From: the human T2T-CHM13v2.0 reference genome, Homo sapiens
Direction: 5' to 3' (one strand)
Assembly: GCF_009914755.1 (NCBI RefSeq)
Contig: NC_060945.1
DNA: 64,000 bases
Positions 29,299 through 45,552 of the stretch are shown piece after piece. The translations under genes were made by a program, and so were the position numbers. The notes beneath the pieces were generated by a model, which was not told where the DNA came from, did no database searches, and was given only the letters and a program-made list of their open reading frames with translations. Each line of letters opens with the position of its first letter. Within the stretch, counting starts at the first letter, position 1.

Positions 29299-31264
29299 TG
29301 GTTGTGCTGTAAATTCCCAGGGGATAGGGAACACCCAAGATTCATACAACTTTGTGTAAATATGTTAACCATCTTGCATTATTAGTGCCTTACATAAATC
29401 TGATTTTAAAATATATATTTGCCCAGTAAATGAATATTTCAGTAAAGTTTAATAAAAAAATATAAGTATTAACTGGCTATTAATTCATATGAATTTATGT
29501 AGAAGTCTTCTTAAAAATTTGAGAGTTAACTTAAGAATCATTCTCATATCATTATTGCCAGCATGTTTTCCAAAGTATGAGCCTAAATATATGGACTAGC
29601 CAGTTCTCATGGCCATTAGTGTACACTTGTAAAATTATTTTTATTTATGTTGGAATTTGCAAAGTCTATTTTCAAATCCAACTGGGATTATTTTTATGGC
29701 AGAGATTATTACAGCGGTATTTCTAAGTCATGTAGAAAAAAATGTGAATCTGGGAGGTTCTGTGATGCTTAGAGATTTCAGTTCCAACTTGTTCCAGTTG
29801 ATGTCACTATGGCAAAGGTATCCCACACATGTGGCATACAGCAGCGGGGGAAGGAGGATACAAATCTAATAATGTGGCCAAATCAAGAGGAAACGTATTT
29901 GGGGGCAAGGCTAAAATGGGAATGGGAGCATGGCAGAACATCAGGATTCCACATCTGGAATCAGAGGGGCTGAGTGAATGCATTTACCTGATCTTCTATG
30001 AGTCAGCAAAACAAACACACAAAGCCATCGTGAGTTTGGAAGCTGTGAAACTGCTGCTCTTTGCAATGACAGATCTTCCTATGCTCTGAACTGCAGCAAT
30101 ACATTGAGGTAGCAGTAATTACAGACTTTCATATGGCTTCTCTGCTCTGTAGAAGTAGTAAATGAACCTCTTGGGGCTAAATTTCTAGCTTTGGGCTCCT
30201 GCACCATCTTTCTCCCTACAGGAAGTCACGACAGACAACAGAGGAAGTCCAAAGCAAGGACAACGCTGTTTATGAAAAGGAGTGGTAATGGTTCAGAGTG
30301 AAAATTAACAGATGTTGGGATAAAAATGTCTGCCTGGGTACTTTATGGCTCCAAAGTAAATAATATGTCCCTGAGTTTTAGCAGCTGTTTAGGGACTCCT
30401 GTATCTTAGTGTTAGTTTAAACGGCAAGGTAAAGGAACTCATGTAACTTAACACTGTTCATCAACACAAACTTACTGGATATCTTTCTGAAATGTGAAAA
30501 CAGATCTGTTTTCAGATACTATTCAACTGTGCAAGGAGGCAAACAGATGTATTCATTAACACTCCCCACAGAGCATATTGTGATATTTGCAAATGGAAAA
30601 TGCTGGAGCTGAGGTTACACAAATGTTTTCTGTTATGAAACTTCCTTCCATAAGACCATGATTTTCAAGGAGGATCTCATTTAGGACTGTTTTTTGTTGT
30701 TATACTTTCTGTAATGGGTGATTTTTCTAATTAAGATAATTTGCATTTTAACCTTGTTTTAGAAAGTGATTATTCTTTTTTTTTCTGTCTAAAGGTAGAT
30801 AATGTTACCTGTTTAAATTCATTTTTTTAACCCAAGTTTTGCCTCAGGATCTATAAGTCAATTTTTTATAGTAAGATATTGGATGCCCAGTGAAGAAAAG
30901 GTTTTTGCCAAGCTGAAAGAAATTCAAGGCAAGATTGTGAGATGTCATTGGTACAATACACACCAACTAAGAATCCTTGTTTCTGTTTTATGCCTATGAA
31001 CCAATAACAGTGATCAGTGTGGGGACATTTCATTGGAATTCTGCCTGAGAAAAAGCAGGAGTGTTCAGTCCTTCAGCGCCACCAACAGCTCTGGATGCCA
31101 AAGGACCATGCTGGTAGGGCTCAGAGTGCTCAGACAGAAGTATGAGGCAGAGTTTCATGGGGAAATGAGATGGGTCTGAGATGGGTAGGAAGAGGGGGAA
31201 AATGGGCCTCTCAATGCTCTCATAGCCTCTTAATGCTCTCAAAACAGCCACTGAGGCAATGAAA

Positions 31265-32005
31265 TTTTTTTTTAACTTTTAGGTTCAGAGATACATGTGC
31301 AAGCTTGTTATACAGGTAAATTATGTTTCAAGGGGGTTTGATGTACAGATTATTTTGTCACCTAGGTAATAAGCATAGTATCTGATAGGTCGTTTTTTGA
31401 TCCTCACCCTCCACCCACCCTCCACCCTCAACTAAGCCCTGGTGTATGTGGTTCCCTTCTTTGTGTCCATGTGTTCTCAATGCTTAGCTTCCACTTATAA
31501 GTGAGAACATGCAGTATTTGGTTTTCTGTTCCTGCCTTTGTTCACTTAGGATAATGGTCTCCAGCTCTGTCCATGTTTCTGCAAAGAACATGATCTCATT
31601 CTTCTTTTATGGCTGCATAGTATTCCATGCTATATTGTACCACATTTTCTTTATCCAGTCTACCATTGATGAGCATTCAGATTGATTCCTCATCTTTGGT
31701 ACTGTGAATAGTGCTGCAATGAACATGCACATGCATGTCGTCTTTCTGGTGGAATAATTTGTATTCCTTTAATTATATACCCAATAATGGGATTGCTAAG
31801 GTCGAATGGTAATTCTAAGTTCTCTAAGAAATCACCAAACTGCTTTCTGCAGTGGCTGAACTAATTTACATGAGCACCAGCAATGTATGTATATGAGCAT
31901 TCCCTTATCTTTGCAACCTCACCAGCATCTGTTATTTTTTTACTTTTTTATAATAGCCATTCTGACTGGTGAGAGATGGTATCCCACTGTGGTTTTGATT
32001 TGCAT
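31265..32005 (-). mobile_element. L1PA (old, ~L1PA13-16) 3' end
   Basis: ATACATGTGCAAG..TTAGCTTCCACTTATAAGTGAGAACATGCAGTATTTGG..GCCATTCTGACTGGTGAGAGATGGTATC. Confidence 0.88.
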
Positions 32006-32016
32006 TAATTAAAAGA

Positions 32017-32328
<312 letters not shown>

Positions 32329-32924
32329 TGAAAGGCACAGGGAGAACCCAGGTTTCTGTGGACTCCACCAGGACATGATGGAAAATGGACCTTGAATGAA
32401 ATTCCTTGATTACGTGGCTAGGAAGACTCCTGGTATCTGCTGTGGTAACTTCAAGCCACAGAGGAGAGACAGAAAATTCCCTGAGTCCGGGGGATAATAG
32501 TCATGACAAGGGTGAAACAGAAAACGAAAAAAAAAGAGAGGAAGGGTTGATACCTGTTGACAGAATAAACACTACAAAGGAAAATCATCCTTGTAAAGTA
32601 AATTCTGTCAACATGAATCTTGTTCGTCAAATTTGATTTTAATATTGAGAGTAAGATAGTTTTCAGTTTGTCTGCTGGGACCATGATGAAGCACTTTCTT
32701 CATCTAGAATTTCCCTGGTGATCTTTCTGGGGATATTTTTCTGTATCCCAAGCTTTCAGCAAATTTTGATGTGTTGCCCACTTTGTGTGAAGAGAGATAC
32801 AAAAGAAGCTTATGTGACCCCTGCTTCCCCATGTGCAAGACAAAACTGGCCCCTAATGAATTGAGATGAGATTCCCAAGATTTGGGGACTTCATGGAAGG
32901 GTAAAATTACAAAACAATAACAAT

Positions 32925-33707
<783 letters not shown>

Positions 33708-33799
33708 AGCTACAACAACAAACCCACAAGCCAACAACCTGAGGTGGATGACACATGCTTTCAAAATTTGTATTTTGTAAAATCAGAATTAAAAAACAT

Positions 33800-34115
33800 G
33801 GCTGGGTGCAGTGGCTCATGCCTGTAATCCCGACACTGTGGAAGGCTAAGGCAGGAAAACTGCTTGAGATTAGGAGTTCAAGACCAGCCTGGGCAACACA
33901 GTGAGACACCCCATCTCTACAAAAAATTTAAAAATTACCCAGGCATGGTCATGTATGCCTTGTAGTCCCAGCCATTCAGGAGGCTGAGGTGGGAGGACCA
34001 TTTGAGCCCAGGAGGTAGAGGCTGCAGTGAGCCATGATGGTCACTGCACTCCAGGCTGGGTGACACAGCAAGACCCTTTCTCAAAACCAAACAAGCAACA
34101 AACAACAAAACAAAA
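33800..34115 (+). mobile_element. AluJ
   Basis: Dimer with J diagnostics. Confidence 0.88.
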
Positions 34116-34573
34116 CCTATGACATTATAATTTAATAAATTAACAGAAAAAGGATGTACTAGTGATGTAATCAAAGAATAAAGGAGTATTCTTTAAATAC
34201 ATTTAACTTTTTAAGCATCTCATATATTTATCCTTATTTTTTAGGACCAGTGAAATTTTGAAATTTTCATTAGTAACTGGTGAGGATGTGCTGAAATACA
34301 TTACGGTAATTGTAACATGGCGCCCTAGGTAAAATTTGGTTCTAATATTTTCAAAACCTTAAATATGCTGGTAGAAACCTCGCAGGAGGTGAGGCCTAAA
34401 TATATCCTGAGACCTTGCTTCTGGGAAAACCACCAGAAGGGATTATTTGATTATATCCATATTAAGCTGATAGTTTAACCAAAAGAGTAATTTCTAAGGA
34501 GGTAGAATGTTCTGTGACATCATGAGAGAATGAGAGAGCAAGAGTGACATAGAGGAGTTGAGGAGGTAGAGCA

Positions 34574-34577
<4 letters not shown>

Positions 34578-34611
<34 letters not shown>

Positions 34612-34878
34612 AGATGGAGTCTTGCTCTGTCGCCAAGCTGGTGCAATCTCGGCTCACTGCAACCTCCAACTCCCTTGTTCAGGCGATTCTCCTGCCTCAG
34701 CCTCCCGAGTAGCTGGGATTACAGGCACGCACCACCAAGCCCAGCTAATTTTTGTATTTTTAGTAGAGACGGGGTTTCACCATGTTGGCCAGGATGATCT
34801 CAGTCTCCTGACCTTGTGATCCGCCTGCCTCTGCCTCCCAAAGTGCTGGGATAACAGGCGTAAGCATCGCGCGGGGCC
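34578..34878 (-). mobile_element. AluS (Sc-like)
   Basis: Dimer with a T33 tract. Confidence 0.9.
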
Positions 34879-36020
34879 GGGTGGCATTTTTATAAAGAGT
34901 TTATTTCCCTTTTTAAATTTAAGCTACACTATGCCTATGATCTGCTACTCTTTCTTATGGAGGTAGGGGTGTGTGCGTGTGGGTGTGAGAGAGTGTGTCT
35001 TGTTCTTGTTGTTGCTTCTGTTGTTGTTAAAGAAATTATTCATGAGTGATGCAGGGTTGAGACTTAGCCATTGATAGAAAATACGTGAGGGCAGATCTTC
35101 ATCTCACACAAAGAGGGAACTCAAGTGATAAAGTAGAATTGAGCCTGGACTATAATTTTGATCTCTTGCATGTGAAGCTATTAAAACAGAATCATACATA
35201 TTTGGAGAAAGGTTCTGATATTATACTAATGTATTCTGGTGTGATTTCTTACCGATGCCCTATGACAAATTCCAAGCCCTATAGGCAAAGTTTTTGTTGA
35301 TGCAAAAGGATATTCTCATCAGTTATTTCAGAAAGAGGTGCATTCTAAATGAGGAAATTAGGACTGACAACTCAGTCCTTAGATTGGCTTGGCAAGGAGA
35401 AACTGTATGGCACCTGTTTCTGTTGTATAGATCTTTGCTGGTAGCACGGGATACCAGTGTCAGGAGACTAGCTCAAAGGTACTCTGTCTGGGTAGAGGAT
35501 TACATACTTTCTATCCTCATGCACACTGGGCCAAGGCATCCGGTAAAGATGGCTCCTGGACGAAGAGCTCTGAAAGCTGCAGTATCCATTGGCAGCTGAA
35601 ATAAAACTGTGTATTGCATTGAAATGACTTTCTGTCATTCGAGTTAAGTCCTGAACGTTGAGTTAAGTCTTACTAAAGGCTGCAACCTGTCTCAGTTGTG
35701 CTGAGCAATAAAAGAGTAGGTTCCATGTTTGGTCCATGTGGGAGGGACTTCCGCTCTTTAGATAATATATTGGTCCTGATGTTATTAAATTCTTATTTTA
35801 TTCATTATAAATGTTTTACATGAACTAAAAGTATTGCATTAAAATATTTATTGCAATCACTGAGTTTTTCTGTGCCTCTGCAAATTTTACACCCCATTAT
35901 CAGCACTGATTATTTCAACTATAAAACGTCATGATCTGTTTTACAGTGAGACAAGGAGTTTTAAGTTTCCAAGTTCACAGGAAATGAAACAAGAAATGTA
36001 ACAATATGGTTTTATATCAC

Positions 36021-36120
36021 ATTTTGGGAGGCTGAGGCGGGAGGATCACTTGAGGCCAGGAGTTTGAGAGTAGCCTGGGCAACATAGTGAGTCTCCTGTC
36101 TCTTTAAAAAAATAATAAAA
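36021..36120 (+). mobile_element. Alu left-monomer fragment (FLAM/AluJ)
   Basis: TTTGGGAGGCTGAGGCGGGAGGATCACTTGAGGCCAGG then an A tail. Confidence 0.8.
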
Positions 36121-37220
36121 CAGTAAAAATTTTTAAAAATACAACTTATCAAAATTTGTGGGATGCAGTGAAAGCAGTGCTTAGAAGGAAATTTATAGCA
36201 TTAAATATATATATTAGATGAAAAGAAATATCTAAAATCAATAAGCTATAGGAAAGGAAACTATAGAAAAGAATAAGAGTGATGCAAACAGAGAAAAAAA
36301 TAAAAATTAGAGCAGAAATCACTGAAATTGAAAATAAACCAAAGAAAATGAACGAAATCAAAGCTGGACTTCAGTTAATAACATTGTCACTACTGGTTCA
36401 ATAATTGTGACAAATGTACCATACTAATGGAAGATGTTAATAATTGAAGAAGCTGGCTGTGAGACATGTCTCTGAACTGTTTGTATTATCTCTGCAAATC
36501 TTTAAATACATAGCTGTTACAAAAACAATGTTTTTTAAAAAATATTAAATATCTGGTTTGAGAGGGTGAATTCATTACTAAGCAAGTTGGCAGTATCTGC
36601 TTTTAAAAAAGCTTTGAGAATGACACTAAGGACCCATATTTTAGAGATGGCTCAGATCCGACATGGCCAAGACTCAGGAAAGGCATATTTTGGGTTCCTT
36701 TTGAAGTGTGAAATTTGAGTATGAAATTGTCTGAGATCTTCAAGCAGTCACCTTCCATCCATTTCCAAATGGGACAGGATATAAATAAGTTTATTGCTTT
36801 TGAAAGATCATGTGTAAAAGGGCTACAAAAACAAGGACATGGAGAAAAGGCAGAAGGTGCTTCTAGAAATAGGATTTTAAAAAGTGAAAGTTCTGCGTTA
36901 ACAAGACTTGCAAAAAAACTGCTTAGGTTGGCAAGAGCTATTTTTTGAAAAAGGAATTTTGAAGGAAAGATCAGAGGTACTTGTCCCACATAAGGTCTGC
37001 TTTAGAAAAGATGGGATATTAATATTGCTATGTCACCTAATTTTGACTTTTAGAACAGGAACACCCCAAATAACAAGGGTGGTGTAACAAAATAGAAAGC
37101 TTGTCTCATTCTCATATTGAATTTGGAGCCAACTGACCAGGGCTTGGTTTCCTCATCTGTAAGATGGATGACAACAGCACATCATGGTGATGGTCATCAT
37201 CATCATAACTATTAGACTGT

Positions 37221-37531
37221 GGCCGGGCGCAGTGGCTTACGCCTGTGATCCCATCACTTTGGGAGGCCGAGGAGGGCGGATCACCTGAGTAGGAGTTTGA
37301 GACCAGTCTGGCTAACATGGTGAAACCCCGTCTCTACTAAAGATACAAAAGTTAGCCGGGCATGGTGGCAGGCGCCTGTAATCCCAGCTACTCAGGAGGC
37401 TGAGGCAGGGGAATCGCTTGAACTTAGGAGGCAGAGTTTGCGGTGAGCCAAGATAGCAGCACTTCCCAGGCTGGGTGACAGAGCAAGACTCTGTCTCAAA
37501 AAAAAAAAAATAAATAAATAAATAAAAAATA
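37221..37531 (+). mobile_element. AluS
   Basis: Dimer with an A/TAAA tail. Confidence 0.92.
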
Positions 37532-37894
37532 AGAATCACAAACACATGTATGCACAACCCAAACACTGACAGAGAAAGCTCTGTAAATGAACATCCTAAG
37601 CCTCATTCACACAGGACAGCTTTATAGATTTCTTAACATCCCTGTTTTTAGCTATAGAATTGCTAATTGTGCAACAAATGCTATAGAGGTGCTCGCTTGG
37701 CATAAAAAGGAACAGTGAAATCCATAAGCCTGAAATCCATCAGCATACTGAAAACCAAAATGTGGGAATACTTTGGGAAGGAAGTATGTGTGTGGTATGG
37801 GAGAGAGCACTGGCTTTGCAGCCAGGTAGATTTAGATTGGACCCTGTCAGAGCCACTCACTCATAGCTTAAACTTGGAGACTTTGCAAACTTCG

Positions 37895-38204
37895 TTTTCT
37901 TTTTAGTTTTTTTTGGAGACAGGGTCTCACTCTGTCACCCCAGGCTGAAATGCAGTGACATGATCATGGGTTGCTGCAGACTCAACCTCCCGGGCTAACA
38001 TGATCCTCCCACCTTAGACTCCTGGGTAGCGGGGACTATAGTTGGGTGCCACCACGCTCCGCTAAGTTTTGTATTTTTTGTGTGGAGACAGGGTTTCACC
38101 ATGTTTGCCAGGCTGGTCTTAAACTCCACTCCTGGGCTCAAGTGATCCACCTGCCTTGATCTCCCAAAGTGCTAGGATTACGGGCACGGGCCACGGCACC
38201 TGGC
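37895..38204 (-). mobile_element. AluJ
   Basis: Dimer. Confidence 0.88.
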
Positions 38205-39305
38205 CTGCAAATTTCTTTCGTCCTGCATTTCCCCACCTGTAAGGTGAAGATGTTCCCTGGAGATCTGTATTGTTAACGCTCTTAAACCAGTGACACACCC
38301 AGAAACTAGGACAGGGATGCTATTAGAATAAGAAAATATGAGAAATATGAGGATAGGAAAATGTTTCAAAGCAAGTTGCATGTAATGTAAACTAGATCTC
38401 TGAAGACAGGGCTGTTATCTTCCTGCCTAAAATAAGTGGTTCTGTATTATGGAACTTAGCTTTAGCTGGTGGATACTAGCCATGACATTTTGACTCAATG
38501 AACAATAAACTCTTCCACTGTCTCACTTCTCAAGACCCCCCAGATGTAACCTGCTAAAACACCTACAGATTATTAATTTTTATTCATATGCTCTCTGACT
38601 TGGTAGCAGGGGAGAGGCACTTAACGTTCTTTAGACAGAAGATGAAGAAACAGACAGTATGTCAACAAATTGTTAGTGTTAGGAGCCCTTTAATAACTTC
38701 AGCGAGGCATCCTTTTAGGAGCTCTAAAAATAAGCTTCAAATTTAAAGTGGCACCTAGAGAGCTGAGATTACAGGCGTGAGCCACCATGCCTGGCCCTAT
38801 ATTTAAATTCACGTGTATGCACACCATACCCAGAAAACCCCCTTTGAAAAAAATAACAAAGTTATTTCTAATTGGCAACATACAGAGTTGTACAGCTTAT
38901 TGTTTACAAAATAAATCAAACTCTTAAACTGAACGACAGGAAAGTGAGAGTTTAAGATGAGAGCGGTTTTCTGCAAATTGGGACCAATACCTATTTTAGT
39001 CACCATTCCAGGTCTCCTGTTATCTGAATAGTGTCTTGTCTGATAGACTAAACTTACACACCATTACTATTGTTGATAATGCTAATAAACTAGAAATCAA
39101 TATAATGAACTTTAGCCTGAAATTCCTTAAATATAAGTCTTTGCATTATGCCCAAGGTATTTTTATTGTATTGTCTTAAAATTTAGATTTTAACATTTCG
39201 TTAAGTTTAACGTAAGAAATGTATTCTTTAAGAAAAAACTTCCACTTTGGATGTTTTTTTTGGAAGAAAAATGCCAGGGACATCATCATACCTAGAGAGA
39301 TTTAA

Positions 39306-39633
<328 letters not shown>

Positions 39634-40072
39634 CAAAAATACGTTTTTATTACAGAAAAAAAGTTGGTTTCTTTGGTACAGATTTTTTTCCCCCATAACA
39701 ACTTGCTATAAAAAAGTAAGACTCACCTCTCTTCTTCCAGCAACCCCCAGGGAATAAGATTATCCATCCAGTAGAGAATAGAACTAGGAAAGATAAATCC
39801 CTCTTTGACTTCTGATATTCTATTTTTCTGATGTTTTCTGTACCTCCATTACTGGTTTGACATAATATTTGGCCTTTGAGTTTTTAACTTTTCCCAGTTG
39901 TCATTCTTGAGAAAGTGAAAAGATAATAAGTTTCAACATAAATTTGGAGTAAGCTCCAGTTTTCACACAAACACAAATCACAAGGCACTTACAATGTTTC
40001 ACGAGCTACAAGTCTTTTAAAAATACCACCTATTAGCCATTGAACACAGGGCTGTTACAAACTTATTTATCA

Positions 40073-40480
<408 letters not shown>

Positions 40481-40512
40481 TTAATACAGAATCTTATTCA
40501 AGTGGATGCTAA

Positions 40513-40878
<366 letters not shown>

Positions 40879-41298
40879 TGAAAATATAAAATGAAGATAT
40901 AAAAAGGCATAGTGATGCTCAAAACCCAAATTAGGGTCTGTGTAGACTGGGAAGCAGCACTTGGACAGAGACAGATGAGTGAGCTGAAGATCCAGGACTG
41001 TGGTTGTGGGTCGGAGTTGGGCTCTGTCGGGATAAATCGCTCCGCAGAAGACGGGCTAGAGTCTGCTCACCATTGAAGGAAAGGCCAGTGCGGTTTTTCT
41101 GCCCCTGAAATGTTATTCAGAACTCCTGCTGCTGACACTTTACCACTCAGGTTTCTGCGACAGTTGGGTTTCTGTGGACCTGAAGAAGAGGGAGGACACA
41201 GACTCACAAGCCGGAACGGCATGCGACGAGCCCCCCAGAGGCCCATAACTGAACTGCAGTGTCTCCAGCCGCGCCCTGTGCAATGATTTGGTTCTGCA

Positions 41299-41317
41299 TT
41301 GCGCCCCCTAGAGGTGA
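41299..41317 (-). promoter_or_regulatory. CTCF binding motif
   Basis: Minus strand TCACCTCTAGGGGGCGCAA matches the CTCF core CCASYAGRKGGCRS at all but one position, within a locally CpG-retaining patch. Confidence 0.7.
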
Positions 41318-41921
41318 GTGGAAGCAATGTCCAAGCTGTGGGCAAGTAGGATTGAGTACCCGAAGGGAGTGAAAGCAAAAAGCAAAACGCAAAAACAGCC
41401 AAGGAGCCTGCAAACCAAATATTGAGAATGCATGAAGAAATGCAATGCCAAGAAAGAAAACTGCAAGATCATCATCAAGTAAATGTGGGTCAGATAAAAA
41501 TAATAGGACAATCTGAAAGAAGACTTTCACATAAATATTTAAGGTACTTCAAGGGAAAATTAAGAGAAATATTCTAAAAAAAAAAAAGTAAAAGGTAGAG
41601 AAAAAAATGTAAGACAAAATAGGCATAAATAAACCAACTATGGGTAAACATGAAAAATAACTGATTAGAAATATGAAAAATAAAAATCATAAATATACCT
41701 TAAGAAATTGGATAAAGTATATTGGACATAATTGAAGGAGAAAATTAGTTGATGAAACCATTCATGCAGAAATAGTGGATAGATGGAAGGCTTTCCCCAT
41801 GTATTCAAAAGAAGGTCCAGAAAAGAAAATGGAGGGAAGAGTAGAGAAATTATATTTAAACAGTGACTAGCTAAGGCTTTCTCAGAATCAAGTTCAAACA
41901 CAAGTTTTTAAATTAGGAGAG

Positions 41922-42088
41922 GGCTGGGTACAGTGGCTCTCACCTGTAATCCTAGCACTTTAGGAGGCTGAGGCAGGAGGATTGCTTGAGCCCAGGAGTT
42001 CGAGGCTGCAGTGAGCCATAATCACATTACTGCAACACTACACTCCAGCATGGGCAACAGAGTGAGATTTTTGTCGCAAAAAAAAAAA
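41922..42088 (+). mobile_element. Alu monomer (FRAM-like)
   Basis: Single arm ending in CACTCCAGC..AGAGTGAGA plus an A tail. Confidence 0.8.
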
Positions 42089-42385
42089 GTAAAAGTTAAA
42101 ACATAAAATAAATTTACTAGAAGGGTAGTTCAAGTACCAAGAATAATGAAAAATAAACCAAAATAAGACACATTATAGTAAAACTAGGAAAATTTAAGTT
42201 ACTGGGAAAAAAGATTACCACATATTAATAACTGAAGTTATTATCAGCAAAGATAGATGCATAGAGTGAAATAGTATCTTAAATAACCTTAAAGGCCATA
42301 ATTATTAGCCTAGTGTTTTATACCCAGAGAATGAGGGCTATACTAAGAGTTGGCCACAGATGTCTTCTTAATTAAAAACAATACT

Positions 42386-42731
<346 letters not shown>

Positions 42732-43771
42732 TCAGCAGGAAAAAATCTGAACCCAAAGAAAAGGCATTGAGATACAAAAATACTGTAAATATGGAAACTG
42801 ATAAAATATTTTGGTGAGAATAATATGGACTATGTAAATAAAATTATACCTCTAAGCAAGAAGAAAATGAAAGAGCAGAAAAGCAATAATGAAGCAAATA
42901 AAAAGTATGGTGATCAGGAAGATCAGGAAAAGAAAAAGCAAAGAATGAGAATAAGAAAATAGAAACAATTCCAGCTGTGTAAATAATCACTAACGGTAGA
43001 CAGATTAAACTCACCTTTTAAAGAGACTGAAATGATCAGAATGGATAATAAAGCAAAATCTAGCTGCATGTTGCCTACAAGAGGCATAGGTTAGAATTTT
43101 AAAAATAAAGGGATGTATAGTTATGCAAAATGGGAACAGTGAGTGAGAAAAGGGTGCTAAATACCTCCTTGCACATTTTTTGCTGTGGCAAGTTTCTGTG
43201 AATATATAGTTATTTCAAAATAGTTATCAAAAAGGGGAGTGGATAAAAAGCTATAGCATTCAAGTATCAACCGAGATAAAGGGGCATAGCAATATTAATA
43301 CCATACAAAATCGAATATAAGACAAAAAGAATTTAATAGGGATAAAAAGATCAGTCCATAATAATTGAAAGAACAATCCACTGAGAAAATATAATAATTG
43401 AGAACCTGAATATACCTATAATAAAACCCAGAACTGTATGAAACAAGTTCTTATGGAATTACCAGGAGAGAGAAAACCACATAGTAGTAAGATTCCAGTA
43501 TATCACTATCAGAATCTGATAAATTGGACCAAAATTAGTAAGGATGAGATTTACAAAATACATTGGCTTTATCTGATAGATACCTAGAATTCTCTCTCTG
43601 GCAAGCAGACATACATTTTTAGAGAGTATTTACAAAAAGTGTACAGGGCATTTCAAAAATTAACCACACACTATATCACTAAAGAAGTTTCAGCAAATGT
43701 CAGGGATTGAATATGACATAGACAATGTGCTCGCCTCATCATTCAATTAAATGGTAAATCAACAAATCTGC

Positions 43772-44080
43772 TTTTTATTTTTTATTATTTTTAGAAATAG
43801 GGTATATCACTTTGTCACCTAGGCTGGAGTGCAGTGGTGCAATCATAGCTCACTGCAGCTATGATTGAACCTGGGCTTAAGCCATCCTCCTGCCTCAGCC
43901 TCTCTAGTAGCCAGGACTACAGGTACGTGCCACCATGCCTGACTAATTTAAAAAATATTTTGTAGAAATGGAGGTCTCGCTATGTTGCCCATGCTGGTCT
44001 TGAACTCCTGGGCTCGAGCAGTCTTCTGGTCCTGGCCTCCCAAAGTGCTGGGATTACCTGTGTGAGCTATCATGCCCGGC
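43772..44080 (-). mobile_element. AluJ
   Basis: Dimer. Confidence 0.88.
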
Positions 44081-44307
44081 AAAGTCAGTTTTTAAAACTA
44101 TTCATATGGCTGCAAACCTAAGAACTTACTTCAAAAGAATTCCCACAAAAGAATTAACAAAATTCTTAGAACTGAATGATAATTAAAGTAAGTATATCAA
44201 AATATATGGGATTCAAATATTCACATTAATTTCTAACTTTAAATGCACTCGTTTAAAAAAGAAACAAGAAAGAAATGAGTGAAGAAGGTGTCTCAAGAGC
44301 TAGATAA

Positions 44308-44617
44308 GGCTGGGTGTGGTGGCTCATGCTGTAATTCCTGTACTTTGGGAAGCCAAGGTGGGAGGATGGCTTGTCCGCAGGAGTTTGAAATCAGCCTGGT
44401 CAACATAATGGGACCCCCCCACCATCTCTAGCCCCCCCCCCCCGAATTGTTTTTAATTAGCTAGGTATGCTGGCCTGCACCTGTAGTTCCAACTACTACT
44501 GAGGTTGAGGTGGGAGGATCACTTGAGCTCAGCTGTGAGGTTGAGGCTGCAATGAGTTGTGATAGCATCACCATACTCCAACCTGGGTGACAGAGCAAGA
44601 CTCTGTCTCTTAACAAA
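44308..44617 (+). mobile_element. AluJ
   Basis: Diverged dimer with a C-run in the linker. Confidence 0.85.
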
Positions 44618-45199
44618 CAGCTAGATAAATGTAAGGAAACTATAAGAACAGAAATAAAGACAGAAATACAAATGAATGAGATAAAATAGGAAGGAATAGA
44701 AAGGGTCAAAAACGATTAGGATTAAGTAAAAGAGAACAAAAATATATGAAATTTAGAAATCATGAGTACTTTGAGCAATTTTATACCAATAAACCTGAAA
44801 AATTGTGCAACTGTAATTATCTAGGAAGAAAAGTATTAACAAACTCAAGAAAAATAGAAAAAAATTGATACCCATTTTAATTACACTGATATTATCAAAG
44901 CCTCCCTTGATAGGTGTTTCATGGACTCAAATATGTGTCTCAAATCTAATGGCAGATGCTGAAAATTGCAGGCAGGTTATTTAAGACAGTCATTTTACTC
45001 ATGAATAATTCTGTGTAGTTCTCTTTCCTCTGGAGAGAAGTAGAGGTTTTTCATTTAACAATGATTAATTTTTTTCTAGTTTATCCTGGGGAGTCTGGCT
45101 TGTTATAAACAATACTGGAGGAATAATTTTTTGGTAAATACCGTTTGTCTGCCAAATTGATGATCTCTTTAGAGAGTGTTTTTGTTGTCTGGTTGGTGT

Positions 45200-45552
45200 T
45201 TTTTTTTGTTTTGTTTTGTTTTGTTTTTTTTTTTAAGAGATAGGGTGTCACTCTGTCACCCAGGCTGGAGTGCAGTGGTACAATCATGGCACATTGCAAC
45301 CTTGAACTTCTGGGTTTAAGCAATCCTCCCACCTCAGCCTCCTGTGTCACTAGGACTATAGATGCATGCCACCACACCCGGCTAAAATTAAATTTAAATT
45401 TAAATTTAAATTTTTAATTATTTTTTTTTTTGGTGGAGATGAGGGTCTCACTATGTTGCCCAAGCTGGTCCCCAACTCCTGAGTTCAAGTAGTTCTCTCA
45501 TGTTGGCCTCCCAAAGTGCTGGGATTACAGGCGTGAGCCACTGTGCCCAACC
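45200..45552 (-). mobile_element. AluJ
   Basis: Dimer with an expanded (AAATTT)n linker. Confidence 0.88.

Noticed and set aside
33746-33775. GGATGACAC resembling U6 snRNA
   Set aside because: The match is too short and the flanks do not follow U6.
35085-36989. ORFs of 71-128 aa in unique or L1 sequence
   Set aside because: Near-cognate starts, no recognisable domain and no convincing splice structure; lengths are compatible with chance.
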